A stretch of 64,000 bases of DNA from Candidatus Aminicenantes bacterium (GTDB lineage Bacteria; Acidobacteriota; Aminicenantia; Aminicenantales; Aminicenantaceae), in NCBI GenBank assembly GCA_030603565.1, contig JAUVXM010000006.1:607-64606 (forward strand), read 5' to 3'. The notes under the pieces were generated by a model. That model had not been told where the DNA came from, searched no databases, and worked only from the letters and a program-made list of their open reading frames with translations. Below, piece after piece: positions 9,637-19,376 of this stretch. Each line of letters opens with the position of its first letter. The stretch's first letter is position 1. The translations under genes and the position numbers were made by a program.

Positions 9637-10584
9637 CTATTTTCGGGTACTCTTTAGATATTTAAGAAATTCGCAATCAGTTGACAGCAGCAGCCAGGTT
9701 TTTTCATCCAAGATGGTCTTGTAAGTCTCGAGTGTCTTCATGAACTGGTAGAATTCCGGGTCAAGATTGTATGCTGAGGCATAGATTTTTGTAGCTTCCG
9801 CATCTGCTTTTCCTTTGATCTCCTGGGCTTTTCGGTAGGCTTTAGACTGGATTGTTTTTAATTCCCTTTCTTTTTGACCGCGAATCTCTGCACTGTTTCC
9901 GTCTCCTTCCGAGCGGTATTTTGCCGCAATCCGCTGTCTTTCAGCAATCATCCGGTCAAAGACTTTGTTCTGGACTTCTTCTACGTAATTGACTCTTTTA
10001 ATCTTAACATCCTTAAGTTCGATCCCGTATTCAGGCGTCACTATAGATGCTTTTTCCAGGATAATCTCTGAAATCTTTTCTCTACCTGTCTCAATTTTAA
10101 GCAAGTCTTCTTTTGTTTCAAGAAGCTCTTGAATCTCTTCTGTTATTTCAAATTCACGGTTTGTAGAACGTACGATCTCAATAAGATTATAATTGGCTAC
10201 AGTATTCCTGGTTTCACCGTCTATAATATCATCCAGCCTGGAATGGGCTCCTCTTTCATCCCTGACTCTTTGGAAGAAGGTAAGAGGTTCACTGATCCTC
10301 CAGCGGGCATAAGTGTCGACCCAGATATATTTTTTGTCCTTGGTTGGGATCTGGTTGGTATCTCCATTCCATTCCAGCCAGCGTTTTTCAAAGAAATTGG
10401 CTTTTTGGATAAAAGGCAATTTTATATGAAGCCCCGGGTTGTCAATTGTGCCCCCGACCGGATCTCCGAATTGAGTTATGATGACCTGATTGGTCTCCTT
10501 GACTACATAAAAAGTATCGGATAAAAGGATGAGCAAAAAGAATGCCGATACTGCAATAATTATATATTTTGTCTGCTTGCTCAT
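9637..10584 (-). CDS. hflC: HflC (SPFH/band-7 protease modulator)
   Basis: 315 aa with N-terminal TM and SPFH domain. Lies directly downstream of, and overlapping, hflK. Confidence 0.85.
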   Translation of the reverse strand: MSKQTKYIIIAVSAFFLLILLSDTFYVVKETNQVIITQFGDPVGGTIDNPGLHIKLPFIQKANFFEKRWLEWNGDTNQIPTKDKKYIWVDTYARWRISEPLTFFQRVRDERGAHSRLDDIIDGETRNTVANYNLIEIVRSTNREFEITEEIQELLETKEDLLKIETGREKISEIILEKASIVTPEYGIELKDVKIKRVNYVEEVQNKVFDRMIAERQRIAAKYRSEGDGNSAEIRGQKERELKTIQSKAYRKAQEIKGKADAEATKIYASAYNLDPEFYQFMKTLETYKTILDEKTWLLLSTDCEFLKYLKSTRK

Positions 10585-11621
10585 TTTTTCACCTCCTCAC
10601 CCAGGTTTAAGAGAGGCAAGATATTTTTTTGCTTTTCATCGAATATTATTTTCTTATTGATCTTTGGGAGAACTTCAGTGATAGTTTCCAGGTAAAGACG
10701 TTTTCGTGTAACCAGGGGAGCGCGGGCATATTCACGGTATATTGCCCGGAAACGATTAGCATCACCTTTGGCATTATTGATCCTTTCTGTGGCATATCCT
10801 TCAGCGGCTTGTATTGCCTGGGCGGCTACTCCCCGGGCTTTTGGAACCTCCTGGTTGTATTCTGACCAAGCTTCATTGACTTTTCTTTCTTTTTCCTGCT
10901 GGGACTCATTGACTTCGTTGAATGATGGCTTGACAGGATCCGGTGGGTCGACATTCCGGAATATTAACTGGTTGACCTCGATCCCGATCTCATAGAGGTC
11001 GCATAGTTGCTGAAGATCTTCTTTAGCTTCCAGGGCGATACGGGAACGTCCGATTGTTATAACCTCATCTACTGAATTGTCACCTACGATTTTTCTTACT
11101 ATAGCTTCGTTCATGTATCGGAATGTACTGTCTACATCACGGATTTTAAATAAATAATTATAAGCGTCTTTGATCTTGTACTGGACGATCCACTCTGCTA
11201 CTACAACATTTAAATCTCCGGTCAACATAACAGATTCCCTTTTAGAATTAGTTGTAACCTGATATTGCGAGTCGATGCCTGGGGTTGTCGTCCGGAAGCC
11301 GAATTCCATCTTTAGCTGTCTCTGAACCGGCACCTTGGTAAGGGTTTCAATTCCAAACGGCAGCTTTAAGTGCAGGCCTGGGTCTGTGGTACGGACAAAC
11401 TTACCGAGCCGCAGGATAACTCCTATTTCTTCCGGGGCTACCTGATAGAACGAGCTGCCCACAAGAATGAGCACAACTACCGCAACAATCCCGATTTTGA
11501 CATACATGGGTTTGATCTTGGGTAGTTTTAATTCCATGGTCGGAAAATCATTAGCCATTGATACCTCCTTTTTTAGGATGGTTAATGCTTTAATAGTAAC
11601 ATAGAAAGCAATATTAACCAA
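10581..11621 (-). CDS. hflK: HflK (SPFH/band-7 protease modulator)
   Basis: 346 aa with TM, SPFH domain and a coiled-coil C-terminus. Classic hflK-hflC pair with a 4-nt overlap. Confidence 0.85.
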   Translation of the reverse strand: MVNIAFYVTIKALTILKKEVSMANDFPTMELKLPKIKPMYVKIGIVAVVVLILVGSSFYQVAPEEIGVILRLGKFVRTTDPGLHLKLPFGIETLTKVPVQRQLKMEFGFRTTTPGIDSQYQVTTNSKRESVMLTGDLNVVVAEWIVQYKIKDAYNYLFKIRDVDSTFRYMNEAIVRKIVGDNSVDEVITIGRSRIALEAKEDLQQLCDLYEIGIEVNQLIFRNVDPPDPVKPSFNEVNESQQEKERKVNEAWSEYNQEVPKARGVAAQAIQAAEGYATERINNAKGDANRFRAIYREYARAPLVTRKRLYLETITEVLPKINKKIIFDEKQKNILPLLNLGEEVKK

Positions 11622-11701
11622 AAAATTATTTTATCTATGTATTCATTTATATTACTTGAGTTCATTTGAAATTATTCAAATATAACAATTTGTCATAGTA
11701 T

Positions 11702-12904
11702 TTAATCTTGGATAGAAGCAATGCTTTTATCCAATTCTGAAAGGTCAGTGTATTTAATTTTCATAGTGTCTGGGTCCAACACGTTGATATTTTTAACTCC
11801 GGCGCCGGTTATCACCAGGACTATCCGATCTGTGGAATTAAATTTCCTTTTTTTCTGCAGCTTCAACAACCCAGCTAAGGTTGTGGCAGAAGCCGGCAGG
11901 CAGAAAAGCCCCTCGAACCGGGCCAGAAGCTTCTGAGCTGCAAGTATCTCTTCGTCTGAAACAGCTATGACCATACCGTCAAGCTTGTGGATCAATTTTA
12001 AGACGATATTTCCCCCGGGAGGTTCCGGGTTGGTAATGGATTGAGCGACTGAGCTGGGCTTATTAATTCTTTTATATTTTGATTTTCCAGCAGCAAATGC
12101 CTGGGCAACAGGAGAGCTTCCCTTAGCTTGAACTCCCACAAAAGTCGGAATCCTTTGGATAAACTTTTTTTCTTTCAGCTCTTTAAAGCATTTTATAAGG
12201 CCTATCAGGTAGCCCCCGGAGCTGACAGGGACAAAAATGAACTGGGGATTTTTCTTCTTTAATTGTTCGTATATCTCAAAGCCGGTTACTTTATATCCTT
12301 CAATTCTGAACGGGTCGGTCGAGTTCATAAAATAAATGTTATGTTTTTTTCCGATTTTAAAACTTTTATGGGATAATTTCCCATAATCGCCTTTGACTTT
12401 TATGAGGTTAATCCCATGGATGCCGGCTGAGAGAAGTTTTTCCGTAGAAGTATCTTCTTTTGTAAAGACAAAGGTTTCCATCCCGGCTTTGGCTCCATAG
12501 GCGGCTGTAGAAATACCCATGTTACCGGTTGAGACTGTGCCGATCCTAGTGATTCCTAACGAAGCTGCAATCTGTACAGCAACGGCAGTACCGCGGTCCT
12601 TGAAACTGGCTGTAGGATTAATACTTTCATTTTTGGCATAGGTCTCAGGCAGGCCGAATTCCAGCATCAACCGGTTGAGTTTTTGTAGAGGGCTGTTACC
12701 TTCTCCCAGTTGAAGATCGGGATTGATAGTATCAAAAGGGAGAAAATCCCGGAATTTTTCCAAAGGATTTATCGCGTCAGAATGGATTATTCTTTTCTTT
12801 TTTTCATATGCAACAAGCAGCGGTTCCTTGCACTGTGGACAGAATTGTCGGAAAGGATTCAGAGGATACTTTTTATTACAGAAAATACATTCAAATTGAT
12901 TCAT
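11702..12904 (-). CDS. thrC: Threonine synthase with N-terminal zinc ribbon
   Basis: 400 aa. N-terminus CIFCNKKY...CPQCKEP (a C4 ribbon), followed by PLP fold-type II motifs SFKDRG and GNMGIS. Confidence 0.7.
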   Translation of the reverse strand: MNQFECIFCNKKYPLNPFRQFCPQCKEPLLVAYEKKKRIIHSDAINPLEKFRDFLPFDTINPDLQLGEGNSPLQKLNRLMLEFGLPETYAKNESINPTASFKDRGTAVAVQIAASLGITRIGTVSTGNMGISTAAYGAKAGMETFVFTKEDTSTEKLLSAGIHGINLIKVKGDYGKLSHKSFKIGKKHNIYFMNSTDPFRIEGYKVTGFEIYEQLKKKNPQFIFVPVSSGGYLIGLIKCFKELKEKKFIQRIPTFVGVQAKGSSPVAQAFAAGKSKYKRINKPSSVAQSITNPEPPGGNIVLKLIHKLDGMVIAVSDEEILAAQKLLARFEGLFCLPASATTLAGLLKLQKKRKFNSTDRIVLVITGAGVKNINVLDPDTMKIKYTDLSELDKSIASIQD

Positions 12905-13058
12905 AAAATTTATTCTCCTAAATTAACTCATCAGCCTAAGCTGATAAATATAATTACATTGTTAACCTAAAAATGTCAATAAAGCGTTAACCAGGAGCCC
13001 CCCCATTTTTTCTAAGCATCTGGACCTTAAGCAAGAATCAGGAAAATATAAAGAAAAA

Positions 13059-13346
13059 TAGAATTTTACGCTGAGGACACTGAGGACACGGATAAATGCT
13101 AGAAAACTTTAGACACGGATTTACGCGGATCTTCGCGGATAAAACTAAGATGTTGTTTTCTTTTGCCGATGAATCGTCAAAACAAAACAACCCTTCATCA
13201 CTTTGCTTCGCGAAGTAAGTTGAACTAAAGGTTTGCATTTTGTGCTCCAGCACAAATTGGAAAGAGCTTTTTGTTTTTTGGATACAAGCCAAAAAAGAAA
13301 AAGCTTCTGACTCTTATCCGTGTCAATCAGCGTCTATCCGTGTCTA
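13059..13346 (+). repeat. Family-B repeat, copy 1. Shared core 13059-13218, bounded by inverted repeats GACACGGATA / TATCCGTGTC.
   Basis: About 85% identical over roughly 160 nt to 36118-36267. Contains a conserved 19-bp hairpin at 13153-13191. GACACGGAT occurs twice at the 5' side, and TATCCGTGTC occurs twice at 13315-13344. Confidence 0.75.
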
Positions 13347-13481
13347 ATATTGCTTTTATAATATTTAGATTTTACTGCCTTTCCTATTTTCCACTATCTT
13401 TTTTCCCTCTGACCTGATTTTTTCCTGAGGCAGAAAAGTATAGAAAAAATTGGCCAATTACTGTAAATTTATATCAGTAGA

Positions 13482-13931
13482 ATGATGGAAAATGACGAAT
13501 ATTTCATGCGCCAAGCCCTTTGCGAGGCTAAAAAAGCCCTGGGAGAGGATGAAGTTCCGGTAGGCGCAGTACTGGTTAAAGAAAATAAAATACTCCACAG
13601 AGCTTATAACCAGACTATTCTAAAAAGCGACCCAACTGCCCATGCTGAAGTCCTTGCTATAAGAGTAGCCTGCCATACTTTTAATAATCACCGCCTTCCA
13701 GATTGTGACCTCTATGTGACTTTGGAGCCATGTGCCATGTGTCTGGGAGCCCTTATTCAGGCAAGGATCAAACGTCTGATATTCGGAGCATATGACCCTA
13801 AAGCCGGAGCAGTAAAGTCAATAATGCGGTTTCCTTTTGAAAAGACCAATCACCGCCTTGAAATAAAGGGTGGAATTTTGGAAGCGGAATGCGGTAAAAT
13901 CTTGAAAGATTTCTTCAAAGCTAAACGATGA
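13482..13931 (+). CDS. tadA: tRNA-specific adenosine deaminase
   Basis: 149 aa with the CMP/dCMP deaminase zinc motifs HAEVLAIR and PCAMC. Confidence 0.9.
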   Translation: MMENDEYFMRQALCEAKKALGEDEVPVGAVLVKENKILHRAYNQTILKSDPTAHAEVLAIRVACHTFNNHRLPDCDLYVTLEPCAMCLGALIQARIKRLIFGAYDPKAGAVKSIMRFPFEKTNHRLEIKGGILEAECGKILKDFFKAKR

Positions 13932-13953
13932 GATTGTATTCCGAATAAGAAAC

Positions 13954-14042
13954 GGAGAGGTGGCCGAGTGGTTGAAGGCGGCGGTCTCGAAAATCGCTAT
14001 ACTGTGAATGCAGTATCGTGGGTTCGAATCCCACCCTCTCCG
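13954..14042 (+). tRNA. tRNA-Ser (anticodon CGA)
   Basis: GGAGAGGTGGCCGAGTGG...ctCGAaa...GGTTCGAATCCCACCCTCTCCG, with a long variable arm. Acceptor stem GGAGAGG/CCTCTCC. CCA is not encoded. Confidence 0.9.
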
Positions 14043-14230
14043 TACCACTTTTGAAACCAGTTGGAAGTTTGCAGTCAGCTGTATTTAAGGTATAAATATT
14101 ACAATTGCGCCTCACATCTACGGCAACCTCGACTCGTGAATAATTCAGGTTAAATTTAGTCCTTTTTTTTTTGTTTTATTTTTGGTATATTTTAAAAAAC
14201 AAATCAACAATAAAAATAAGGAGTGAATAG

Positions 14231-14851
14231 ATGAAAGGAAATAAAAGCTGGATGTGGTTATTATTTTTTGGCTCTCTTTGGGGAATCAGTGAAGTTGCTG
14301 GGGGAGGAATTCTATATAGGATTAATATCTCCCATTCATCTATAATACTTTCCGCCTGGGCGTTTTTTATTCTGGCTGTTGCCCGGGGAATTATAAACAA
14401 ACCTGGTTCATCTGTTATGATTGGTACCATAGCAATGCTGTTTAAATTGATAAATGCCGCGCCTTTTATCTGCCATCTTTTAGGGATATTTATGCTCGGG
14501 GCAGCTTTTGATATTTTTGCATCTTTTTTAATGAAGAAAGAAACGAAAATTACCTGGCGCAGCATCCTTACAGGTTCAGTCAGTGCTTACAGCGGTTATG
14601 CCCTATTTGCCCTCACTATCACTTATATTATTCAGTATAAATACTGGATAGCAGGGGGGCTGCCCAAAGTCTTAAATCATATTTTTGCCTCCGGAAGTAT
14701 TGCTGCTTTACTCGCAGCTGTAGTTGTTCCCCTTGGATTTATGGTCGGATTGAAGAGTGAATCTTTAAGCTTCCGGAATCCCAGATGGCTATATGCCGGG
14801 ACTCTGGCGAGTATTGTGATATTCTGGATTGTAGGACAGTTCACCGGGTAA
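14231..14851 (+). CDS. Hypothetical integral membrane protein
   Basis: 206 aa with several hydrophobic helices. Preceded by the RBS AAGGAG. Confidence 0.5.
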   Translation: MKGNKSWMWLLFFGSLWGISEVAGGGILYRINISHSSIILSAWAFFILAVARGIINKPGSSVMIGTIAMLFKLINAAPFICHLLGIFMLGAAFDIFASFLMKKETKITWRSILTGSVSAYSGYALFALTITYIIQYKYWIAGGLPKVLNHIFASGSIAALLAAVVVPLGFMVGLKSESLSFRNPRWLYAGTLASIVIFWIVGQFTG

Positions 14852-16154
14852 GTGCTTTATGGCACGGCCTCAATAGATATATATTGGCTAGAATCCGGCC
14901 TGAGACCAAAGCGATGGCAGCGCTTACTGCCCCGACCAATCCCAGAATATTAATCGTAAAATAAAGCAGACAGATAATAGTTGTAACTTCAATAGCAGTA
15001 GCGATTGTGACTGGAGTTGTCCGTTTATTTGTCACCAGTATCCCCCGTTGAAATGCAATTAAAACACTAAGACCAGGGATAAGAGTCAATATTTTTGTAG
15101 GAGTAATGGCAAAACGGCTGAGCTGTAAAGAAAGACCCGATATTTTTTGGAACCAGAGAAAAGAAAGAGGCGTAAACGCCAGTATAGCTAATGCAAGGAT
15201 AACTACTGAGCCTAAAATCGCTGAAAAGTTGCGGAGCTGTTTGTAGCCTTCATTGTGTTCACCTAAAAGAGCAATTCCTACTTCCTGAAATGATAAACCC
15301 AGGCTGCGGAAAATAAACACCAGCGAGTTGATAACCGGCAAAACTGCTAAAGATTCTATGGGCATGCGGCTGTGCCCTAAAAAGAAAGTCACCAGCGGGT
15401 ACACTCCTAAGCTTAATATGGATGTAAGTGCTAATGGGTAATAGAAACGGCTGATATATCTGTAGGAGATAGGTTTTTCTTGCAGGAGAGTACCCCGATC
15501 TTTTTTTAAATTAGCTACTGATTTTTGAGCCATAAATTTAATTGCAACTGCTTCAGCTGTAACACCTAGGGAAAGAGCCAGGCTGCCGACTACAGATCCA
15601 GGAAAACTAAAAAATATATAGCAGAAAATCGCAACAGTCGACATAGTCGAAAGCCTTACTACTGTGCCTAAAGCTACCCGGCGGGTTAGATTGCTGCGGA
15701 TGAGAATTCCCTGATAGAAGCGGCGGTATCCGATTGCACTCGGCCAGGGAAGCAGGATTATGCAGGCCGGATGGGTGAGCCGTGTGATATTTTCCGGCAG
15801 CCCGATCAAACCCATGGTGATAAAATTAAAAACCGGGGGAAGTAAAAAAAGAACCATAACAAATGTTATTGCCGCATTCAGGATATATGTGAAGTTTCTC
15901 AACTTGATAAAAGAATCCCTGTTTTTCGCCAGGGCAGTAGATGCACTCATTATCATTATTATGGGTGATTCAATCAGAACGGCAAAAGAAAATGCTACTC
16001 CATATGCTGCTAAGTTATATTTGGGCTCTGCCAGACGTGCGATAATAGCTGCAAGGAAAGGGCCCTCGGCAGCCATCATAAGCCAGGTAGAAGCTAGAGG
16101 AATCCAGAAGAGAAAAATTTTTTTATAGGATAGTTCTTTGTAAGTATTCAACAT
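14841..16154 (-). CDS. MATE/MOP-superfamily polytopic membrane transporter
   Basis: 437 aa with about 12 predicted TM helices in a MATE-like arrangement. Confidence 0.45.
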   Translation of the reverse strand: MLNTYKELSYKKIFLFWIPLASTWLMMAAEGPFLAAIIARLAEPKYNLAAYGVAFSFAVLIESPIIMIMSASTALAKNRDSFIKLRNFTYILNAAITFVMVLFLLPPVFNFITMGLIGLPENITRLTHPACIILLPWPSAIGYRRFYQGILIRSNLTRRVALGTVVRLSTMSTVAIFCYIFFSFPGSVVGSLALSLGVTAEAVAIKFMAQKSVANLKKDRGTLLQEKPISYRYISRFYYPLALTSILSLGVYPLVTFFLGHSRMPIESLAVLPVINSLVFIFRSLGLSFQEVGIALLGEHNEGYKQLRNFSAILGSVVILALAILAFTPLSFLWFQKISGLSLQLSRFAITPTKILTLIPGLSVLIAFQRGILVTNKRTTPVTIATAIEVTTIICLLYFTINILGLVGAVSAAIALVSGRILANIYLLRPCHKALTR

Positions 16155-16292
16155 AATATTTTTTAAGGACAGTAATTTTTCGGAACCGGTATTATAGGAT
16201 TTTATAAAAATAAATCAATATCAGGACAAATGTTCCTGCTATTAATACAAGCCCGACTATATTTTTTAAAAAGTATTTCCATTTAGTCATTT

Positions 16293-17477
16293 TTATGAAT
16301 AATCCAGGTTAACTATCTTCCCGACAAATTTATCCAATTTACGCCGTCCTTTGATGGTAAGATTCAGTACTACTCCTACTGGGCAGAAAAAGCGGCAGAA
16401 AAACCTTGTAAACACAAAAGAGCCGAGAATAACAACTGGAAGGATAAACCACTGAATTTCAATTCCTTCAAGCCCGAAAAGAACAGGAAAGGGTTCGTAT
16501 GCCCCTAAGACTGGTTTTGTGGTTAAAAAAATCAAAATAAGAGCCAGCCAGGTGAGGAAACGGCTCATATATTTTGTAATTTTTAATATCCTGGAGTTTA
16601 AACGGACATTGATCCCACTGATACGGGAGTTTAGCTCCTGAAGGTTTCCAAAAGGGCACAAGCCATAACAGTAAAGATTTCTTTTAAGCAGAAAAGCTGT
16701 CATAAGAGTACCTATAACTAAGATCCACCAGAAGGTATGGATTCTTACTGGAGGAAAATACCCCAGCAGGAGTGAGCCAAAATGGGCGATTGAGAGGGAA
16801 GAATTTAGATAAAATCCAAGGAAAAAAAATGATGCCGCCATAGCGAAATATCGCAGTAATTTGTTTTTTAAGATTAATCCGGTCAAAAGGACTAGAAACA
16901 GTCCTAGAAGTAATATTTCATTCAACCCGAATTTCCATTCCGGTTTTTTCTCCAGGACATTGAGATTAAATATTTTTTTTGCTGTAGAATGTGAGCCCAT
17001 GCGAATAGCTTTTATAAATGCTTCTGAGGAGATTGTTGCCTGTGTTATTGTATCGATGTTTTCTTCAGGAAGAAAGGGGGAGGCTATATTTTTTTCTTTA
17101 AATTGTTCGAAAAATTCCTTTCTCTGAAGTTTATTAAAGAAGGAAGGGGTTTCTTTATGGCTTAATACAAGAACCTCATATACAGCTCCTTGCCTGTTTA
17201 TGGCAGTTGCTATCTGCAGAGGGCCGCCCCATCCCTGTGTTCCTGTGATCACATAATATCCGGAAAAAGAGTCCTTTCCTAAGGCTTGTGTTTCATATAT
17301 AAGCGGATTGTCACCGATTTTTATAAGTTCCCGCCCGGCAGAGATTTTTTCCTCCAGAATACGGAGTGTCTTGTGGTCGGTATTGATGTAGCCGATAACA
17401 TAGGCAGCGGCCAGAGATAGAAACGCCAGTGCTCTCATAATATTTTTAAATATGGATTTTTTCCGGCTTTGTTTCAT
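16293..17477 (-). CDS. FMN-binding-domain / 4Fe-4S polyferredoxin membrane protein (NosR/NapH-like)
   Basis: 394 aa. N-terminal periplasmic FMN-bind-like segment (GTQGWGGP...VLVLSHKETP), then a TM region with paired CxxxCP motifs (CYGLCPFG, CRFFCPVG). Confidence 0.45.
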   Translation of the reverse strand: MKQSRKKSIFKNIMRALAFLSLAAAYVIGYINTDHKTLRILEEKISAGRELIKIGDNPLIYETQALGKDSFSGYYVITGTQGWGGPLQIATAINRQGAVYEVLVLSHKETPSFFNKLQRKEFFEQFKEKNIASPFLPEENIDTITQATISSEAFIKAIRMGSHSTAKKIFNLNVLEKKPEWKFGLNEILLLGLFLVLLTGLILKNKLLRYFAMAASFFFLGFYLNSSLSIAHFGSLLLGYFPPVRIHTFWWILVIGTLMTAFLLKRNLYCYGLCPFGNLQELNSRISGINVRLNSRILKITKYMSRFLTWLALILIFLTTKPVLGAYEPFPVLFGLEGIEIQWFILPVVILGSFVFTRFFCRFFCPVGVVLNLTIKGRRKLDKFVGKIVNLDYS

Positions 17478-17659
17478 TTTCTTAAATCATTAAGAGTACA
17501 AAACTACGCCGGTAAAGACAAGAAAAAATCGAGCCCCCTAATATAATTATCAGGAAAACTGTTAAAAATGGAGGAACTACTGTCTCTCTCGGACTGTCGC
17601 AGACTTTACAGTTAAAGCAAATTCTGGTAATGTAAGCATCCCAACTTTTTTGAAAATCG

Positions 17660-17750
<91 letters not shown>

Positions 17751-17828
17751 TTCCCAATTGACCTGATTCTTGCTTATAGCTCAGATGCTTATATAAAATT
17801 GGGGGAACTCTAGGTATTTTCCGCTTGA

Positions 17829-19223
17829 TTATTTGTTGAAATCTTCGATTTTAGGGTATTTTTTAAAAAATTCTCTTGTGGTTGTTGCTACAGTTCCGCT
17901 TAAAAGTGCCAAGGCGACAAGATTGGGAAAGGCCATAAGTGCATTAGCAATATCACCCATATAAAAGACAAGTTCGAGAGAAATTACAGATCCTGTAAAG
18001 ACCAGCAGGACAAAGATCACCCGGTAGGGGTAAGTAATTTTTATTCCAAATAAGTATTTCATACACTGTTCGCCGTAATAATACCATCCTATAAGAGTAG
18101 AATAACCGAACAGAAAAGAGGAAACCGCCACTACAAGGCCCCCGATCAGGGGAATAGTACTGGAAAATGATGCTGCGGTCATTGCGGTTCCGTCAAGGCC
18201 GCTCTGCCACATTCCGGTGGAAAGGTTGATAAGTGCGGTTATTGTGCAGACGATTATTGTATCGATAAAGACCTCGCCTACACCGATAAGGCCTTGATGG
18301 ACTGGGGAAGGCGTCTGGGCAGCTGCATGGGCAATAGGAGCACTTCCCAGGCCGGCTTCATTGGTAAGGAGGCCCCGTCTGAAACCTATCTGGATAGCGC
18401 GTCTTACCACTGCTCCCATAAAACCGCCTATGGCGGCAGAAGGGGTAAATGCGTGTTTGAAAATTAAAGCAAAGACTCCAGGGACATGGGAGATATGCAT
18501 AAAAATCACTACGACCCCAAGAGTAAAATATATGATGATCATGGTAGGGACAAGTTTCTCAGCAACAGAGCCGATTCGCTTGATTCCGCCGATTATAACC
18601 AGGCCGACCAGAAATGTAATGATACTCCCTGTCAGTACTTTGGGGATTCCGAATTCACTGTTAAAAGCCAGGGCCATCTGATTGGACTGCATCATGTTAC
18701 CAGTGCCGAAAAGAGCGGCAAATGCCCCGCATACAGCAAAAGCTGCGGCTAAAATCCGAGCTAGTTTCGAGTTTTTAAGGCCGTTTTTTATGTAATACAT
18801 CGGTCCGCCGGCAATAGTACCGTCTGAGTATTTTTCTCTGTATTTGACACCTAAGAGCGCTTCTGAGTATTTGGTGGCCATTCCGACAAATCCGCATATC
18901 CACATCCAAAATATTGCTCCAGGGCCTCCGGTAAATAAAGCAGTGGCAACCCCCCCGATATTTCCATTACCAACGGTTGCTGCCAGGGCGGTTGACAGAG
19001 CGGCGAAAGGAGAAACATCACCATCCCGTTTTTTACCAGAAGATTTTCCCAGGAAACCACCGAATATAAGTTTTAGGCCAGCCCCCAAGCGTTTGAATTG
19101 AATAAATCCTGTCTTATAAGTCATCCAGGCGCCCACAAGAAAGAGTATAGGGACCATAATCTGCCAGATATTATCTGCTGTATTGGAAACCCATTGGGAA
19201 AGATTAATGTAGAAATCTTGCAT
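17829..19223 (-). CDS. Sodium:alanine (amino-acid carrier, AGCS family) symporter
   Basis: 464 aa with an AGCS-family N-terminus (MQDFYINLSQWV...GFIQFKR) and multiple TM helices. Confidence 0.8.
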   Translation of the reverse strand: MQDFYINLSQWVSNTADNIWQIMVPILFLVGAWMTYKTGFIQFKRLGAGLKLIFGGFLGKSSGKKRDGDVSPFAALSTALAATVGNGNIGGVATALFTGGPGAIFWMWICGFVGMATKYSEALLGVKYREKYSDGTIAGGPMYYIKNGLKNSKLARILAAAFAVCGAFAALFGTGNMMQSNQMALAFNSEFGIPKVLTGSIITFLVGLVIIGGIKRIGSVAEKLVPTMIIIYFTLGVVVIFMHISHVPGVFALIFKHAFTPSAAIGGFMGAVVRRAIQIGFRRGLLTNEAGLGSAPIAHAAAQTPSPVHQGLIGVGEVFIDTIIVCTITALINLSTGMWQSGLDGTAMTAASFSSTIPLIGGLVVAVSSFLFGYSTLIGWYYYGEQCMKYLFGIKITYPYRVIFVLLVFTGSVISLELVFYMGDIANALMAFPNLVALALLSGTVATTTREFFKKYPKIEDFNK

Positions 19224-19376
19224 AAAGTTTCTCCTTCATTATCTTAATGATAGCTTATAGCACAAAAAAAATGTTCATACAACCAAAAAGGGAATCAGGT
19301 AAATAAAGATTAAAAGGTGACAAAATCTACAGAAAGCATTAGAATAAAACTTCATAATAAGAGATAGGAGAAAATA

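Noticed and set aside
13038-13292. ORF 13038-13292 (-), 84 aa
   Set aside because: It lies entirely within the family-B repeat, has low-complexity Cys/Phe-rich sequence and has no RBS.
13818-14115. Minus-strand ORFs 13818-14048, 13921-14115 and 17482-17757
   Set aside because: They lie antisense over tRNA-Ser genes. The peptides are GFEPT..R artefacts typical of tRNA complements.
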